A stretch of 64,000 nt of DNA, taken from Octopus vulgaris. Its lineage: Eukaryota. Below the pieces are notes generated by a model, which saw nothing but the letters and a program-made list of their open reading frames with translations, was not told where the DNA came from and searched no databases. Of the stretch, positions 24,970-38,547 are shown in pieces. Each line of letters opens with the position of its first letter. Positions within the stretch are counted from its first letter, which is position 1. A program made the position numbers and the translations under genes. The stretch lies in NCBI GenBank assembly GCA_951406725.2, contig OX597829.1:47740001-47804000 (forward strand). Direction: 5' to 3'.

Positions 24970-25700
24970 ATTTCTTATTTCTCTATTGCCCACAAGGAGC
25001 TACACACAGAGGGGACAAACAAGGATAGACAAAGGGATTAAGTCGAGTACATCGACCCCCACTGCGTAACTGGTACTTAATTTATCGACTCTGAAAGGAT
25101 GAAAAGCAAAGTCGACCTCGGCGGAATTTGAACTCAGAACGTAACGGCAGACGGAATACCTATTTCTTTACTACCCACAAGGGGCTAAACACGGAGAGGA
25201 CAAACAAGGACAGACTAACGGATCAAGTCGATAATATCGAACCCAGTGCGTAACTGGTACTTATTTAATCGACCCCGAATGGATGAAAGGCAAAGTCGAC
25301 CACGGCGGAATTTGAACTCAGAACGTAGCCGCAGACGAAATATCTGTTTCATTATTACCCACAAGGGGCTAAACATAGAGGGGACAAACAAAGATATACC
25401 AAGGGATTAAGTCGATTACATCGACCCAGTGCGTAACTGGTACTTATTTAATCAACCCCGAAAGGATGAAAGGCAAAGTCGACCACGGCGGAATTTGAAC
25501 TCAGAACGTAGCGGCAGACGAAATACCTGTTTCATTATTACCCACAAGGGGCTAAACATAGAAGGGGACAAACAGGGACAGACAAAGATATTAAGTCGAT
25601 TATATCGACTCCAGTGCGTAACTGGTACTTAATTTATCGACCTCGGCGGAATTTGAACTCAGAACGTAGCGGCAGACGAAATACCAGCTCGCCGCCTTAA
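24970..25700 (-). repeat. Tandem array of four family C SINE-derived units (about 180 bp)
   Basis: Repeating cccacaaggggctaaac...ggcggaatttgaactcagaacgta.cggcagacgaaatac; only the last unit on + carries the SINE head remnant. Confidence 0.9.
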
Positions 25701-25904
25701 CAGCATTTCTTTCACCCTTAATTCTGATAATTTAAATTATCGCCGACATCGACTTTGCCTTTCATTCCTTCCGGGTCAATGAAATAAGTATCAGTGGAGC
25801 ACTGGGATCGATGTAATCGACCCCCACCCCTCAAAAAAAGAATTTCAGGTCTTGTTGCTATAGTAGAAAGAGTTATTACTAGATTGTTACAGAACTGCAT
25901 GCGT

Positions 25905-26064
25905 TGGAGTGGATGTGTGGCAAGTAACTTGCTTACCAGCGACATGGTTCCGGGTTCAGTCCCACTGCGTCGCACCTTGGACAAGTGTCTTCTACTATAA
26001 TCTCGGGCCCACTGAAGCACTGTGAGTGGACTTGGTAGACGAAAACTGAAAGAAGCCCGTCGTA

Positions 26065-26138
<74 letters not shown>

Positions 26139-26354
26139 GTATGTATGTATGTATGTATGTATGTATGTATGTATGTATGTATATAGGTGCAGGAGTGACT
26201 GTGCGGTAAGTAGCTTGCTTACCAACCACATGGTTCCAGGTTCAGTCCCGCTGCGTGGCACCTTGGGCAAGTGTCTTCTACTATAACCTCGGGCCAACCA
26301 AAGCCTTGTGAGTATATTTGGTAAACGGAAACTGAAAGAAGCCTGTCGTATATT

Positions 26355-26392
<38 letters not shown>

Positions 26393-26555
26393 CGCAGGAG
26401 TGACTGTGTGATAAGTAGCTTGCTTACCAGCCATATGCTTCCGGGTACAGTCCAACTGCGTGGCACCTTGGGCAAGTGTCTTCTACTATAATTTCGGGCC
26501 AACCAAAGCCTTGTGAATGGATTTTGTAGACGAAAACTGAAAGAAGCCCGTCGTA

Positions 26556-26639
<84 letters not shown>

Positions 26640-26816
26640 TGTATATAGGTGCAGGAGTGACTGTGCGGTAAGTAGCTTGCTTACCAACCACATGGTTCCA
26701 GGTTCAGTCCCGCTGCGTGGCACCTTGGGCAAGTGTCTTCTACTATAACCTCGGGCCAACCAAAGCCTTGTGAGTATATTTGGTAAACGGAAACTGAAAG
26801 AAGCCTGTCGTATATT

Positions 26817-26852
<36 letters not shown>

Positions 26853-27275
26853 CGCAGGAGTGACTGTGTGATAAGTAGCTTGCTTACCAGCCATATGCTT
26901 CCGGGTACAGTCCAACTGCGTGGCACCTTGGGCAAGTGTCTTCTACTATAATTTCGGGCCAACCAAAGCCTTGTGAATGGATTTTGTAGACGAAAACTGA
27001 AAGAAGCCCGTCGTATATATGTATATATATGTGTGTGTGTGTGTATGCGTGTGTATATGTGTGTGTGTCTGTGTTTGTTACCCCAACATCGTTTGGCAAC
27101 CGACGCTGGTGTGTTTACGTCCCCGTAACTTAGCGGTTCGACAGAAGAGACCGACAGAATAAGTACTAGGCTTACAAAGAATAAGTCCTGGGGGTCGATT
27201 TTCTCGACTAAATGCGGTGCTACAGCATGGCCACAGTAAAAAATGACTGAAACAAGTAAAATAGTAAAAGTGAGT
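25905..27275 (+). repeat. Tandem array of five family A SINE heads ending in one complete SINE
   Basis: Heads near 25905, 26187, 26391, 26648 and 26851, separated by TA tracts; units 2-3 are duplicated as units 4-5. Confidence 0.9.
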
Positions 27276-27749
27276 ATATTATAGAACTGAAATTTTTAAT
27301 TATTTATCAATTCAGTCGCATTAGATCTTCTCCATCACCCGCTTCTAGTTAGATATTTTGTCCATTTCCAGTGGTAACTTATTTGATATCATCTTTTTAC
27401 AGAAGAGAACATTTTCTGCTGTTGTTAAGGATGGTATACCAAAGAGGTTTTGAGAAGTAGACGAAGTCACGTTAGTGGTAGGTTGTTGTTCTTCTTCTGT
27501 AGAACCAAGTCATAAATCTACATATTCAGATCTGTGACTTGGTTCTGTGACTATTTAGTGATTGCTTCTGCCTCAATTAATTCTGTAGCCGGTTTGATTA
27601 TAAAATCCTTTCATGTGCATTTGCTAACACTGTATTATTCAACGTGAGCCAAGGTACACATCTTTTTACCCGTTCAACAGATTAACTTTCCAAAGAAACT
27701 TGTAATCTTATTTTAGGCCCTACAAAAGAAATTAAGCAAAATATACAAA

Positions 27750-27907
27750 TAGGAGTGGCTGTGTGGTAAGTAGCTTGCTAACCAACCACATGGTTCCGGG
27801 TTCAGTCCCACTGCATGGCGTCTTAAGGAAGTGTCTTCTGCTATAGCCCCGGGCCGACCAATACTTTGTGAGTGGATTTGGTAGACGGAAACTGAAAGAA
27901 CCCTGTC

Positions 27908-27945
<38 letters not shown>

Positions 27946-28032
27946 TCGACCCATGTCGAATTTATCGATTTTTCAGAACTGGGTGAACTCTTTTCGCTGC
28001 GTTAGTGTGTTGTATGTGTGTGTCAGTTTCAT

Positions 28033-28098
<66 letters not shown>

Positions 28099-28310
28099 TT
28101 GTCTCCCTAGCATTGCTTGACAACCGATGCTGGTGTGTTTACGTCCCCGTCACTTAGCGGTTCGGCAAAAAGAGACCGATAGAATAAGTACTGGGCTTAC
28201 AAAGAGAATAAGTTCCGGGATCGATTTGCTCGACTAAAGGTGGTGCTCCAGCATGGCCGCAGTCAAATGACTGAAACAAGTAAAAGAGTAAAGAGTAAAG
28301 AGTAAATAAA
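27750..28310 (+). mobile_element. SINE family A with an insertion in the internal microsatellite
   Basis: Head 27750-27910, tail 28095-28310, unrelated sequence at 27943-28035. Confidence 0.85.
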
Positions 28311-28684
28311 AATACGTATGAAATTGTGAAATAATGCCAGCCAGCAGCAGAAAGCGAACTCACTAGTCAAGAATGATTTCAGGCATACCCTGGCATACCC
28401 TTTTTTTTTTTGTTATTTTTTACTTTTTTTTTGTGAGTGATTATTTACACTACCTTAACATCCAATAATTTGCAATGGCCTTTGGCAAATAACATTTTTA
28501 TTAGTTTCTTTTTTACATTCAAATTCCAGCCTTTTCTGGCAACATTTTCTATATTACTTCAATTGCTGAAACCGGCTCCCAGCTATGTCACCTGTGACAT
28601 TAAGCGAGCTGGAATTTCGGAATTGAAGACACACCTGGTTTTTCGTTGACAAACAACAAATACATCATCAGTAACTTTAACTGC

Positions 28685-28721
<37 letters not shown>

Positions 28722-29175
28722 TTAAGCAATGAAATATTGTATTAAAATCGCAATAAACCTGTTTTTCTTTGTCACTTTACCCGCTTGGTCAGTTTAAAAT
28801 TCTTCCTTATATTACTTAATTCAAGACTTTCTTCTTCCGTTCAACGTTCAAGTATCTTAGTTTTGTCAGTAGAAAGGACGCAGCGTAGAAACTCAGGTTA
28901 GCAACATTGCGTACTTTTCTTCAGATAGTAAGTAAAAAATTTTCCCCTTTAATTAAATAACGGTTACATTTGAATATAGTGGAAGCACTTTATTTATTTT
29001 TTACATTTGAATATAACTGATTAGAAAGTATTTTAATATAACAAATTTGATATATATATATATATATATATATATAAAGGGAAAGTTTACGAAAATAAAC
29101 AAAAGACGAAGGCAGGTGGAGTACAAACAAACAAATGTATTAGTATAGCGCTCAGGAATAGAAATAGAAAAAAGT

Positions 29176-29211
29176 CTTTTACGTTTCGAGCCTACGCTCT
29201 TCGACAGAAAG
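29176..29211 (-). ncRNA. Minimal hammerhead motif (CUGUCGA core variant)
   Basis: cttt-CTGTCGA-agagc gtag gctc-GAAAC-GTA-aaag inside the TA-flanked cassette 29075-29285. Confidence 0.6.
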
Positions 29212-29545
29212 ATACGCAGAAAAAAACAAGGAGAGAAACAAGGAGAGAAAAAAAATGCGTGTAGGAGCTAACGATCTAACGATATATATATATATATATG
29301 TATATAGGAAAAAATAAGTTCAAAAAAGAAAAATTCAAACTTTTTGAGGGGTCCAAAATGAAAGAAAGGATTTCTAATAAAGATTTATCATATTCATAAA
29401 AAACAGCCAGAGCAAGTAATGAGAATATGAAAATAGTATTTGAAAAATATCGTTATAGGTATAAATATACCATATGCAATTATAGAAAAATGGAACAGAA
29501 AAAGATGTTGAATCAAAATTAGATTTAAAACAACATAGGATACAA

Positions 29546-29965
<420 letters not shown>

Positions 29966-30451
29966 AAAAATATATATGTATGATGGATTCTCTTGTCGTG
30001 ATCGACAAATGAGGGTTCAGTAAAATAAAGCGTTAATCATGTTCTATTGACACGAATATGTCTCCTGAGGCATGTTGGTACCTTGCAAACCTTTTGGTAA
30101 ATGAAACAAGTTGAGGACTGAGTTTACTTGAGTGCTTGTCGATCATTCACTATGCTTTGCTTCGAATCACAAAACTACAATGACAGGTAAGGTTTGGAGT
30201 TGGTCCTACTGTATATGTAGAAGGCCTATCCAAAACTTTGGCATTGAAAAATTACTCAAACTGCAAAACGGTGCGACAGTGCATAGTGTCAGAGATCCCA
30301 GCATCGCTATCAAAATGTAGGACCAGATACTGCAACAGCTTGGGCTTCAAAGAGCCACAGCTCTTCAATGTCCTTCCCAAACGCTCGTTTTTAGATAAAA
30401 TTATACTAATGCGTCCATCTGTTTTAATTTAATTAAATTCTATGTCTTTAC

Positions 30452-30544
30452 GCAGCTGAGGATTTAATTTGATATAATGCATTTAAATTGATATAATGAT
30501 TGCATTATTCAGTTAAATGGAGTTGCTTGAAACGATCGTACTGC
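30452..30544 (+). ncRNA. Hammerhead motif, canonical core; base of stem II appears deleted
   Basis: gcag-CTGAGGA-tttaatttgatataatgca...tgcattattcagttaaatggagttgctt-GAAAC-GATC-GTA-ctgc. Confidence 0.75.
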
Positions 30545-30569
30545 ATTACGTCTGGGCAATCCTTGTTGC

Positions 30570-30616
<47 letters not shown>

Positions 30617-30698
30617 CATACGTACATACATACATACATACATACATACATACATACATACATACATACATACATACATACATACATACATACATACA

Positions 30699-30825
30699 TA
30701 CGAGGGTGAGTCAAAAAGTAATGCTATCTTGTTTAGGACAGGTATAATTTCCAACACAGGAACATGTGTCAAACATTAAAATGAAGCTGGTCTTCTGTGG
30801 ATCACATCTCTACTTCTCAACATAA
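30699..30825 (+). mobile_element. Mariner-like terminal fragment
   Basis: TA-CGAGGGTGAGTCAAAAAGTAATGC is a mariner-type TIR start; the partner end was not seen. Confidence 0.45.
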
Positions 30826-30826
30826 T

Positions 30827-30896
<70 letters not shown>

Positions 30897-31316
30897 TGTG
30901 TGTGTGTGTATGTATGTACGTATATCTATGTATGTATACATGCATAGATAGATAGATAGATTGACATGCAGATAGACAGATAGGTAGATAGATAGATAAG
31001 GAGGAGAAAGAGAGAAGAGGGGAAACGATGACAGCGTTGACGATTGCTTCATCTTTTCAGATGATAGCCGTTTCATTAATGAAATAACTGAATGTAACTG
31101 ATTTATATTTTTGATGTACGCTTGTTACGACGAAAATTATGCCACTCTTCCGCTCACCATAGACAAATGATCAGTGAAAAGCAAGGGCAAGATGACTGAT
31201 AATTAATTTCAATTTAAAGAATATCCACAAGTCTGATTTCGGAGTTTCTCCATATCCACGTGATTCTAATGCGTGAGGGAAAAAAAAGGGCCCTTGCACA
31301 ATATACATATTTATCA

Positions 31317-31700
31317 AGGCGGCGAGCTGGCAGAAACGTTAGCACGCCGGGCGAAATGCTTAGCCGTATTTCGTCTGCCGTTACGTTGTGAGTTCAAATT
31401 CCGCCGAGGTCGACTTTGCCTTTCATCCTTTCGGGGTCGATAAATTAAGTACCAGCTACGTACTGGGGTCGATGTAATCGACTTAATACCTATGTCTGTC
31501 CTTGTTTGTCCCTTCTATGTTTAGCCCCTTGTGGGTAATAAAGAAATATGTATTTCATTTGTCTGTAGGTTCTGAGTTCAAATTCCACCGAAGTCGACTT
31601 TACCTTTCATCCTTTCGGGGTCAATAAATTAAGTACCAGTTGCGTTCAGGGGTTGATCCTTGCCCCAAAATTTCGGGCCTTGTGCCTAGAGAAGAAAAGA
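31317..31700 (+). mobile_element. SINE family C, dimeric
   Basis: Complete head ggcggcgagctggcagaaacgttagc followed by a second Meta-like unit. Confidence 0.85.
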
Positions 31701-31724
31701 ATATGCATATTTATTCAATTCTTC

Positions 31725-31981
31725 TATTTGTTTCAGTCATTTGACTGCGGCCATGCTGGAGCACCGCCTTAAATGGTTCTTTTTAGTCAAACGAATCGAC
31801 CCCAGGAATTACTCTTTGTAAGTCTAGTTTTTATTCTATCGGTCTTTTGGGCTCTTTTGCTGAACCACTAAGTTACGGGGACATAAGCACACCAACAGCG
31901 GTCGTCAAGTGATGGGGGCGGCTAACACAGACACAAAAAGGCACACACAGACGTACACACATACACATGTATGTATGTATG

Positions 31982-32025
<44 letters not shown>

Positions 32026-32165
32026 ACAGTCTTCTTTCAGTTTCTGTCTAGCAAATCCCTTACAAGGCCTTGGTCATCCCAAGACCATAGAAGACACTTG
32101 CCCAAGGAGCCACGCAGTGGAAGTAAACCCGGAACCACGTGATTGAGAAGCAAGTTTCCTACCAC
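31725..32165 (-). mobile_element. SINE family A, diverged
   Basis: Similarity to the family consensus. Confidence 0.8.
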
Positions 32166-33045
32166 GACAATAACCAATAGTATCACTCGTATCGACCAGA
32201 TTATTGAATGTTGTTGCACACCGCTGGTCACGATTAGGCATTATTGTACTTCTTGGCCCAAATCGTTTTACTAAATCGTTATCTCGTCATCGCGAAGTGC
32301 TCCCGAATGGCCTTTCCCTATCACTTGGTTACGGCTAATTTATACATTGTAGCACGAAGTTTCGTATTCACAGAGTCTTGAATGAGTAATCATCCAACGA
32401 CGAACTGTTACTACGCACCATGAAGATCGGACAGATATAATTCATACCTGCCCGATGTTCCGGCAGCGTGGTTGTGGTTGTGGTTCATTGATTGGGGGTT
32501 GAAGAACTTCTAAATAGGAAACATCGGGTTACAGGATACAACAAGCAAAACAAAAACAAAAACAAAATATCTTCTTTCAGAAAATATTTCACACAGTAGT
32601 ATATGTTGATTACCCTAATTGTTTTTAATATATATATAGGTAATTTAACCTTTACGTGGGAAATTGCTTTTTCTATCTCCTTTATATATTGCTGAATAAT
32701 ATCGAACTAGGATGTAAAATTAAACAAAAAGAAGGAAAAAACAAGAAAAAAAAACAAATGCTTTTTAAGCTATAAAATATCTTTAATTTGGTAAAATGTT
32801 GAATATATTTAAATCTATTTTTGTTGAATTATGCCTTGCCGACGATTCAAAAGAGGGTCGAAACGGCATTATATATGGCTACCGATGAGCACAAATGTTA
32901 AGAGCTTCATAATGTGTAATATATACAAACACGTACACACATACACACACATACATATATGAATGCATGCATACATACATACATACATACATACATACAT
33001 ACATACATACATACATACATACATACATACATAAATAAATGCATG

Positions 33046-33077
<32 letters not shown>

Positions 33078-33279
33078 CATACATACACACCTACGTAATA
33101 TATAATTGTTAATATGTAGTGTGTATGTATAAATCTATAAACACACACACACACACATAAACAATTATATAATATATATATGAATGTATTTATTTAACAT
33201 ATATGTGTGTGTGCGCGCATATTTGAGTGCATACATGTGTGCGTGTGTAAAGATTTATAAATGTATCAATGAATGCCTA

Positions 33280-33282
33280 CAT

Positions 33283-33341
<59 letters not shown>

Positions 33342-33368
33342 TATATACACATATATATATATACAAAC

Positions 33369-33401
<33 letters not shown>

Positions 33402-33599
33402 TATATACAAACATATATATATATATATATATACACATATATATATATAAACATACATACGAATTTGTGTATTAAATGAATACATATTTGCGTGGTTTTA
33501 TATATACACATATCTATATCCACTTATCACGTGTGTCTTTCACACACAGACACACCTAAGCATTAATAGATGTGCGTGTGTTTGTGCGTGTGTTTGTGC

Positions 33600-33632
<33 letters not shown>

Positions 33633-33772
33633 TGTATGTATGTATGTCTACGTATTGATGTGTTTATGTTTGTAAGTTTGTAAGCATAGATGTCAGTGAG
33701 TATAATAGGAGAATAATGACATAGTGATTAGACCTTTAGAAGAATATGTCTTTATCTAAATGTCTTGGGCGA

Positions 33773-33822
<50 letters not shown>

Positions 33823-33865
33823 ATATATATATGCATATATATATACACATATATATATATCTATA

Positions 33866-33933
<68 letters not shown>

Positions 33934-34120
33934 TATAGATATATATATATAATATATATAAAATATATATATATATGTATATATATATGTATATATATGT
34001 ATATATATATGTATATATATATGTATATATATATGTATATTTATATGTATATATATGTATATTTATATGTATATATATATAATATATATATACATATATA
34101 TGTATATATCTATGTATATA

Positions 34121-34153
<33 letters not shown>

Positions 34154-34190
34154 GTGTATATGTATATATATGTATATATATATATATATG

Positions 34191-34249
<59 letters not shown>

Positions 34250-34250
34250 G
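33280..34250. repeat. Long (TA)n-rich low-complexity region
   Basis: Direct inspection. Confidence 0.9.
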
Positions 34251-34879
34251 CTTACATTTACATATACACACACACAGACATACACACGTATACATGCACA
34301 CATATACATGTGTGTGTATGTGTTTTTACGAGCCGTGCGAGGTGTACGACTGTCCGTATATATATATACGTGTGAGTGCGCGTGAATGTGAATATATGTA
34401 GGTGTATGGTTATGAGGGTGAAGGAGAAATACGTAAAAACACAAATATCATTCACTGAAACACACCTTTAATTAGAGATAAACATCTACCGACCTTTTCT
34501 TGTGTAACGTCTTTATACACTGTTTGCAATCTGTGATTACCTGGCATTCTTCAAACAACAATCAAAGGTGTGTGTGCTTGGTTATATATGCGTGTGTGTG
34601 TATGTGTGTTATGGATGTATGTCCCCTGAAGGTAAGTTGTTTGTCGTGCACAGAGATAGACGGACAGACAGACAGACACACACACACACACACAGACACA
34701 CAGACGATCGGACTGACAGAACACAGGATCGGACAGATAGACGGACGGACGGTCGGACAGACGTATAGACGGACGTGCGGACGGGCGGACGGGTGGACGG
34801 GCGAACGAGCGGACTGACGGACGGGTAGATGGATGAATGTTGAATGGATGGGTGGATGGATAGATAGATAGCTATATAC

Positions 34880-35231
34880 ATACATTCATGAATACATGCA
34901 TACATACATACATACATACATACATACGTACGTACGTACGTAGGAAGGTATGTATGTATGTATGTATGTATGTATGTATGTATGTATGTGTGTATGTATG
35001 TATGTATGTAGGTAGGTAGGTAGGTAGGTAGGTAGGTAGGTAGGCAGGTAGGCACGTACGTACGTAGGTGGGTAGGTAGCTTTATTTGAGTGGCTGGGTT
35101 GATGGGTGGGTAGATAGATTGGTAGATAGACAGATAGACAAACAGACAAAAAGACAAAACTTGCAGATAGATAGCTAGCTAGCTAGATAGGTAGGTATGT
35201 AGATAGGTAGGAAGGTAAGATACTTAGAATT

Positions 35232-35290
<59 letters not shown>

Positions 35291-35323
35291 GGACAGACAG
35301 GTAGACAGACAGACAGACAGATT

Positions 35324-35380
<57 letters not shown>

Positions 35381-35405
35381 GTAGGTAGGTAGGTAGGTAG
35401 GTAGG

Positions 35406-35476
<71 letters not shown>

Positions 35477-35520
35477 GTAGATAGATAGACAGACAGGTAG
35501 GTAGATAGACAGATAGTTAG

Positions 35521-35551
<31 letters not shown>

Positions 35552-35603
35552 TAGATGGATAAATAGATAGATAGATAGATAGATGGATAAATAGATAGAT
35601 AGG

Positions 35604-35674
<71 letters not shown>

Positions 35675-35675
35675 T
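34880..35675. repeat. Compound (TACA)/(TATG)/(TAGG)/(TAGA)/(CAGA) microsatellite
   Basis: Direct inspection. Confidence 0.95.
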
Positions 35676-36227
35676 TCGCAGCAAATCTAATGCATTTGTG
35701 GTTTAACCTTAGATTTATTCCTGTAAACGGGTCCTTGAAACGAATTTCAGTGGGAATCTTTGGATTGAAAGTGTAAGATATATTTCTCCCACAATTGCTT
35801 CTAGTAAAATCAAATTTCTCAAGAATGAATTATGAGATATGGAGTCACCAATATGATTTTAACTGATTGCGGTTGAGGAATAAGATGGAGTTTAGTGAAG
35901 GAGTTTTCTAGATATGATTTCTGATTTTCTTTAAAGGAGACTAGATTGTCCTTTCCATATTGAGTAGTGTTTATGATATCAGTTGAGGCTCTGTGAGCTC
36001 GTCTCGTGTAAAATGTCCGTATAAATATAAATACATTTTTCACGTATAAATTAATTTTATAAATTTGCTTGTTTATCTGTTGGAACTTAATATAGACGTG
36101 ATTTCATATTCGTAAATACGCACATAGAAACACAATACAAAAGGTAGATGTTTGTGTGTTTGTGTGTGTGTGTGTGTGTAGTGTGTGTGTGTGTGTGTGT
36201 CTGTGTGTGTGTGAGTGTGTGTGTGTC

Positions 36228-36308
<81 letters not shown>

Positions 36309-36978
36309 ACTTATTTCAGCGATGTAGGAGGAGCCAAAGTTTTATAAGCGCCGAAATCATAATGACTTTTGTTATAAAAGTTAACTTATGAAATGGTTTT
36401 ATCCATGTTTTGTTCTCTTGTTCTTTCCATTAATTCCCATGTCTTTCACCATTATCTGAGTATACTTAATTCTATATTTATTTTATCGACCATCAGGAGT
36501 TAGGATTTAATGTCCATTGTGGCAGTATGTTATACGAGATGATTAAATATAAAACCTTCGTTTGATTAAGGCAAATTACGCCTATGTTCAGTTTCATAAT
36601 GATCATCACACACGACGCATAACACAGCTTCCATGCACGCATTTATATCGATAGAACGAACATGTAAAAATGATATGCTTGCCAAAGCGTGAAGCTATTT
36701 TTCAGGTTGTTACTCTTACCAATTATTTTTTTGAGAAGCTCATTCTATGTTACAAAAGTATATGACTCTAAGTACGCAGCAGAACACAGAGAGAACTGCA
36801 GAGTTTCGACAAGCTGATCTCTGGACACCGGAAGAACACTTGTCTACTGGTTTATGTTCCAAACGTTTTCTTTCCAAATATATTTCTGAAAATTTAACTA
36901 ATTTGTTCAAAACGTGTTACGTGCAACGTTACATTGACTATTAACATACTTCTTGTAGTCATACATTAAAATGGTGTT

Positions 36979-37046
<68 letters not shown>

Positions 37047-37078
37047 TATATACAATATGTTACATTACTCGGTAGTCA

Positions 37079-37141
37079 AGATAAAACTCTGAGTTTCAGA
37101 TGCCGAAGTGGAAATCCACAACACCATCTCTTCGGTTATCT
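37079..37141 (-). ncRNA. Hammerhead ribozyme (mirror of 38194-38256)
   Basis: Reverse complement copy in the left arm. Confidence 0.8.
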
Positions 37142-37590
37142 GGCTATTTGAAAACGTTATGAAAAAATACCGTTAAATAAAGGGAAATTACTCTGTTATA
37201 ACTCTGCTTGCCTGCGTACTTATACATCACTCGCATTTTTCACCATAAAAATTATATAAAAATACATAAAAAATATATAAAAAATATATAAAAATATATA
37301 AATTCTTCTTGGGACATAACATAGAAAGCATGTTCTATCTGTTTTCTTTAGGGGACCAAAAACGTAACAGAAATTTAGTCACATGTGGGCATGATCCGAA
37401 AAGCTCTGTCCTTGTATTTAGACATGTAGTAGGGTCTAAGCTGCTTTTCCAGATAAGCCATCTCTCCATGTCGCATAGACCGCACCTTCCGCTGCCGTTA
37501 GTATAGGGCTTACATCTGGCCAAAATCTTCCATTGTATGTTATAATCGACACCTTTATCTCTTAAAGACCAAATATGAAGACCATCATAT

Positions 37591-37993
37591 ATGAAGACCA
37601 TCATATATGAAGCTACCGTAAACTCTATAACCACTAAAGACACCGTTTCGACGAAGAAATACGTGGGCCTTACAGAGGGTAATTTCAAGGGCAGGTTCAA
37701 TAACCACACTTTGAGCTTTAGGCACTGGAACAAAAGAAAAGCGACACAATTATCTAATCATATTTGGTCTTTAAGAGATAAAGGTGTCGATTATAACATA
37801 CAATGGAAGATTTTTGGCCAGATGTAAGCCCTATATTAACGGCAGCGGAAGGTGCGGTCTATGCGACATGGAGAGATGGCTTATCTGGAAAAGCAGCTTA
37901 GACCCTACTACATGTCTAAATACAAGGACAGAGCTTTTCGGATCATGCCCACATGTGACTAAATTTCTGTTACGTTTTTGGTCCCCTAAATAA
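37591..37993 (+). pseudogene. GIY-YIG endonuclease domain of a Penelope-like element (partial, 1-bp frameshift near 37812)
   Basis: IIYEATV...KKYVGLTEGNFKGRFNNHTLSF...ATQLSNHIW.L...YNIQWKILARCKPY..GSGRCGLCDMER...LNTRTELFGSCPH. The inverted arm keeps the frame across the frameshift. Confidence 0.9.
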
Positions 37994-38193
37994 AACAGAT
38001 AGAACATGCTTTCTGTGTTATGTCCCAAGAAGAATTTATATATTTTTATATATTTTTATATATTTTTATGTATTTTTATATAATTTTTATGACGAAAAAT
38101 GCGAGCGTTGTATAAGTACGCAGGCAAGCAGAGTTATAACAGAGTAATTTCCCTTTATTTAACGGTATTTTTTCATAACGTTTTCAAATAGCC

Positions 38194-38256
38194 AGATAAC
38201 CGAAGAGATGGTGTTGTGGATTTCCACTTCGGCATCTGAAACTCAGAGTTTTATCT
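38194..38256 (+). ncRNA. Type I hammerhead ribozyme (U4C variant) in the PLE 3' region
   Basis: agataa-CCGAAGA-gatg...gtgga tt tccac...catct-GAAAC-tcaga-GTT-ttatct; 6-bp stem I. Confidence 0.8.
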
Positions 38257-38412
38257 TGACTACCGAGTAATGTAACATATTGTATAGATAAATTTCCTCT
38301 ATTTACATAATATTGAGGTCTCTTTCTTTCTTTTGTTATCTTACCGTTTTATCAATATATATATATATATATATATAGTGCGATATAAACATTTTAGGTG
38401 GTTTTTAGAATC

Positions 38413-38457
38413 AGGGTTTGACTGCTATTTCGGCATGGTGGTGTCTCTCGGATACCC

Positions 38458-38458
<1 letters not shown>
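38413..38458 (-). ncRNA. Degenerate hammerhead motif
   Basis: agggtat-CCGAGA-gaca ccacca tgcc-GAAAT-agca-GTC-aaaccct; 1-nt core deletion. Confidence 0.55.
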
Positions 38459-38523
<65 letters not shown>

Positions 38524-38547
38524 GCAACAAGAATAACTTCGGTAATT

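Larger units (their letters stand above)
37049..38355 (+). mobile_element. 5'-truncated Penelope-like element with an inverted 3' duplication (arms 37049-37578 and 37758-38286)
   Basis: GIY-YIG ORF end, a 3' UTR containing an HHR, about 530-bp near-identical inverted arms, and (TA)n on both flanks. Confidence 0.9.

Noticed and set aside
24970-27275. CRISPR-like repeat arrays
   Set aside because: Units are long SINE fragments separated by microsatellites, with no unique spacers or cas genes, in eukaryotic context.
27300-27700. Coding-like unique stretch
   Set aside because: Interrupted by stops in the frames I checked; no recognisable motif or clean splice pair.
32835-32872. CCGACGA...GAAAC motif
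   Set aside because: Stem III, the cleavage triplet and stem I do not fit; at best a very decayed copy.
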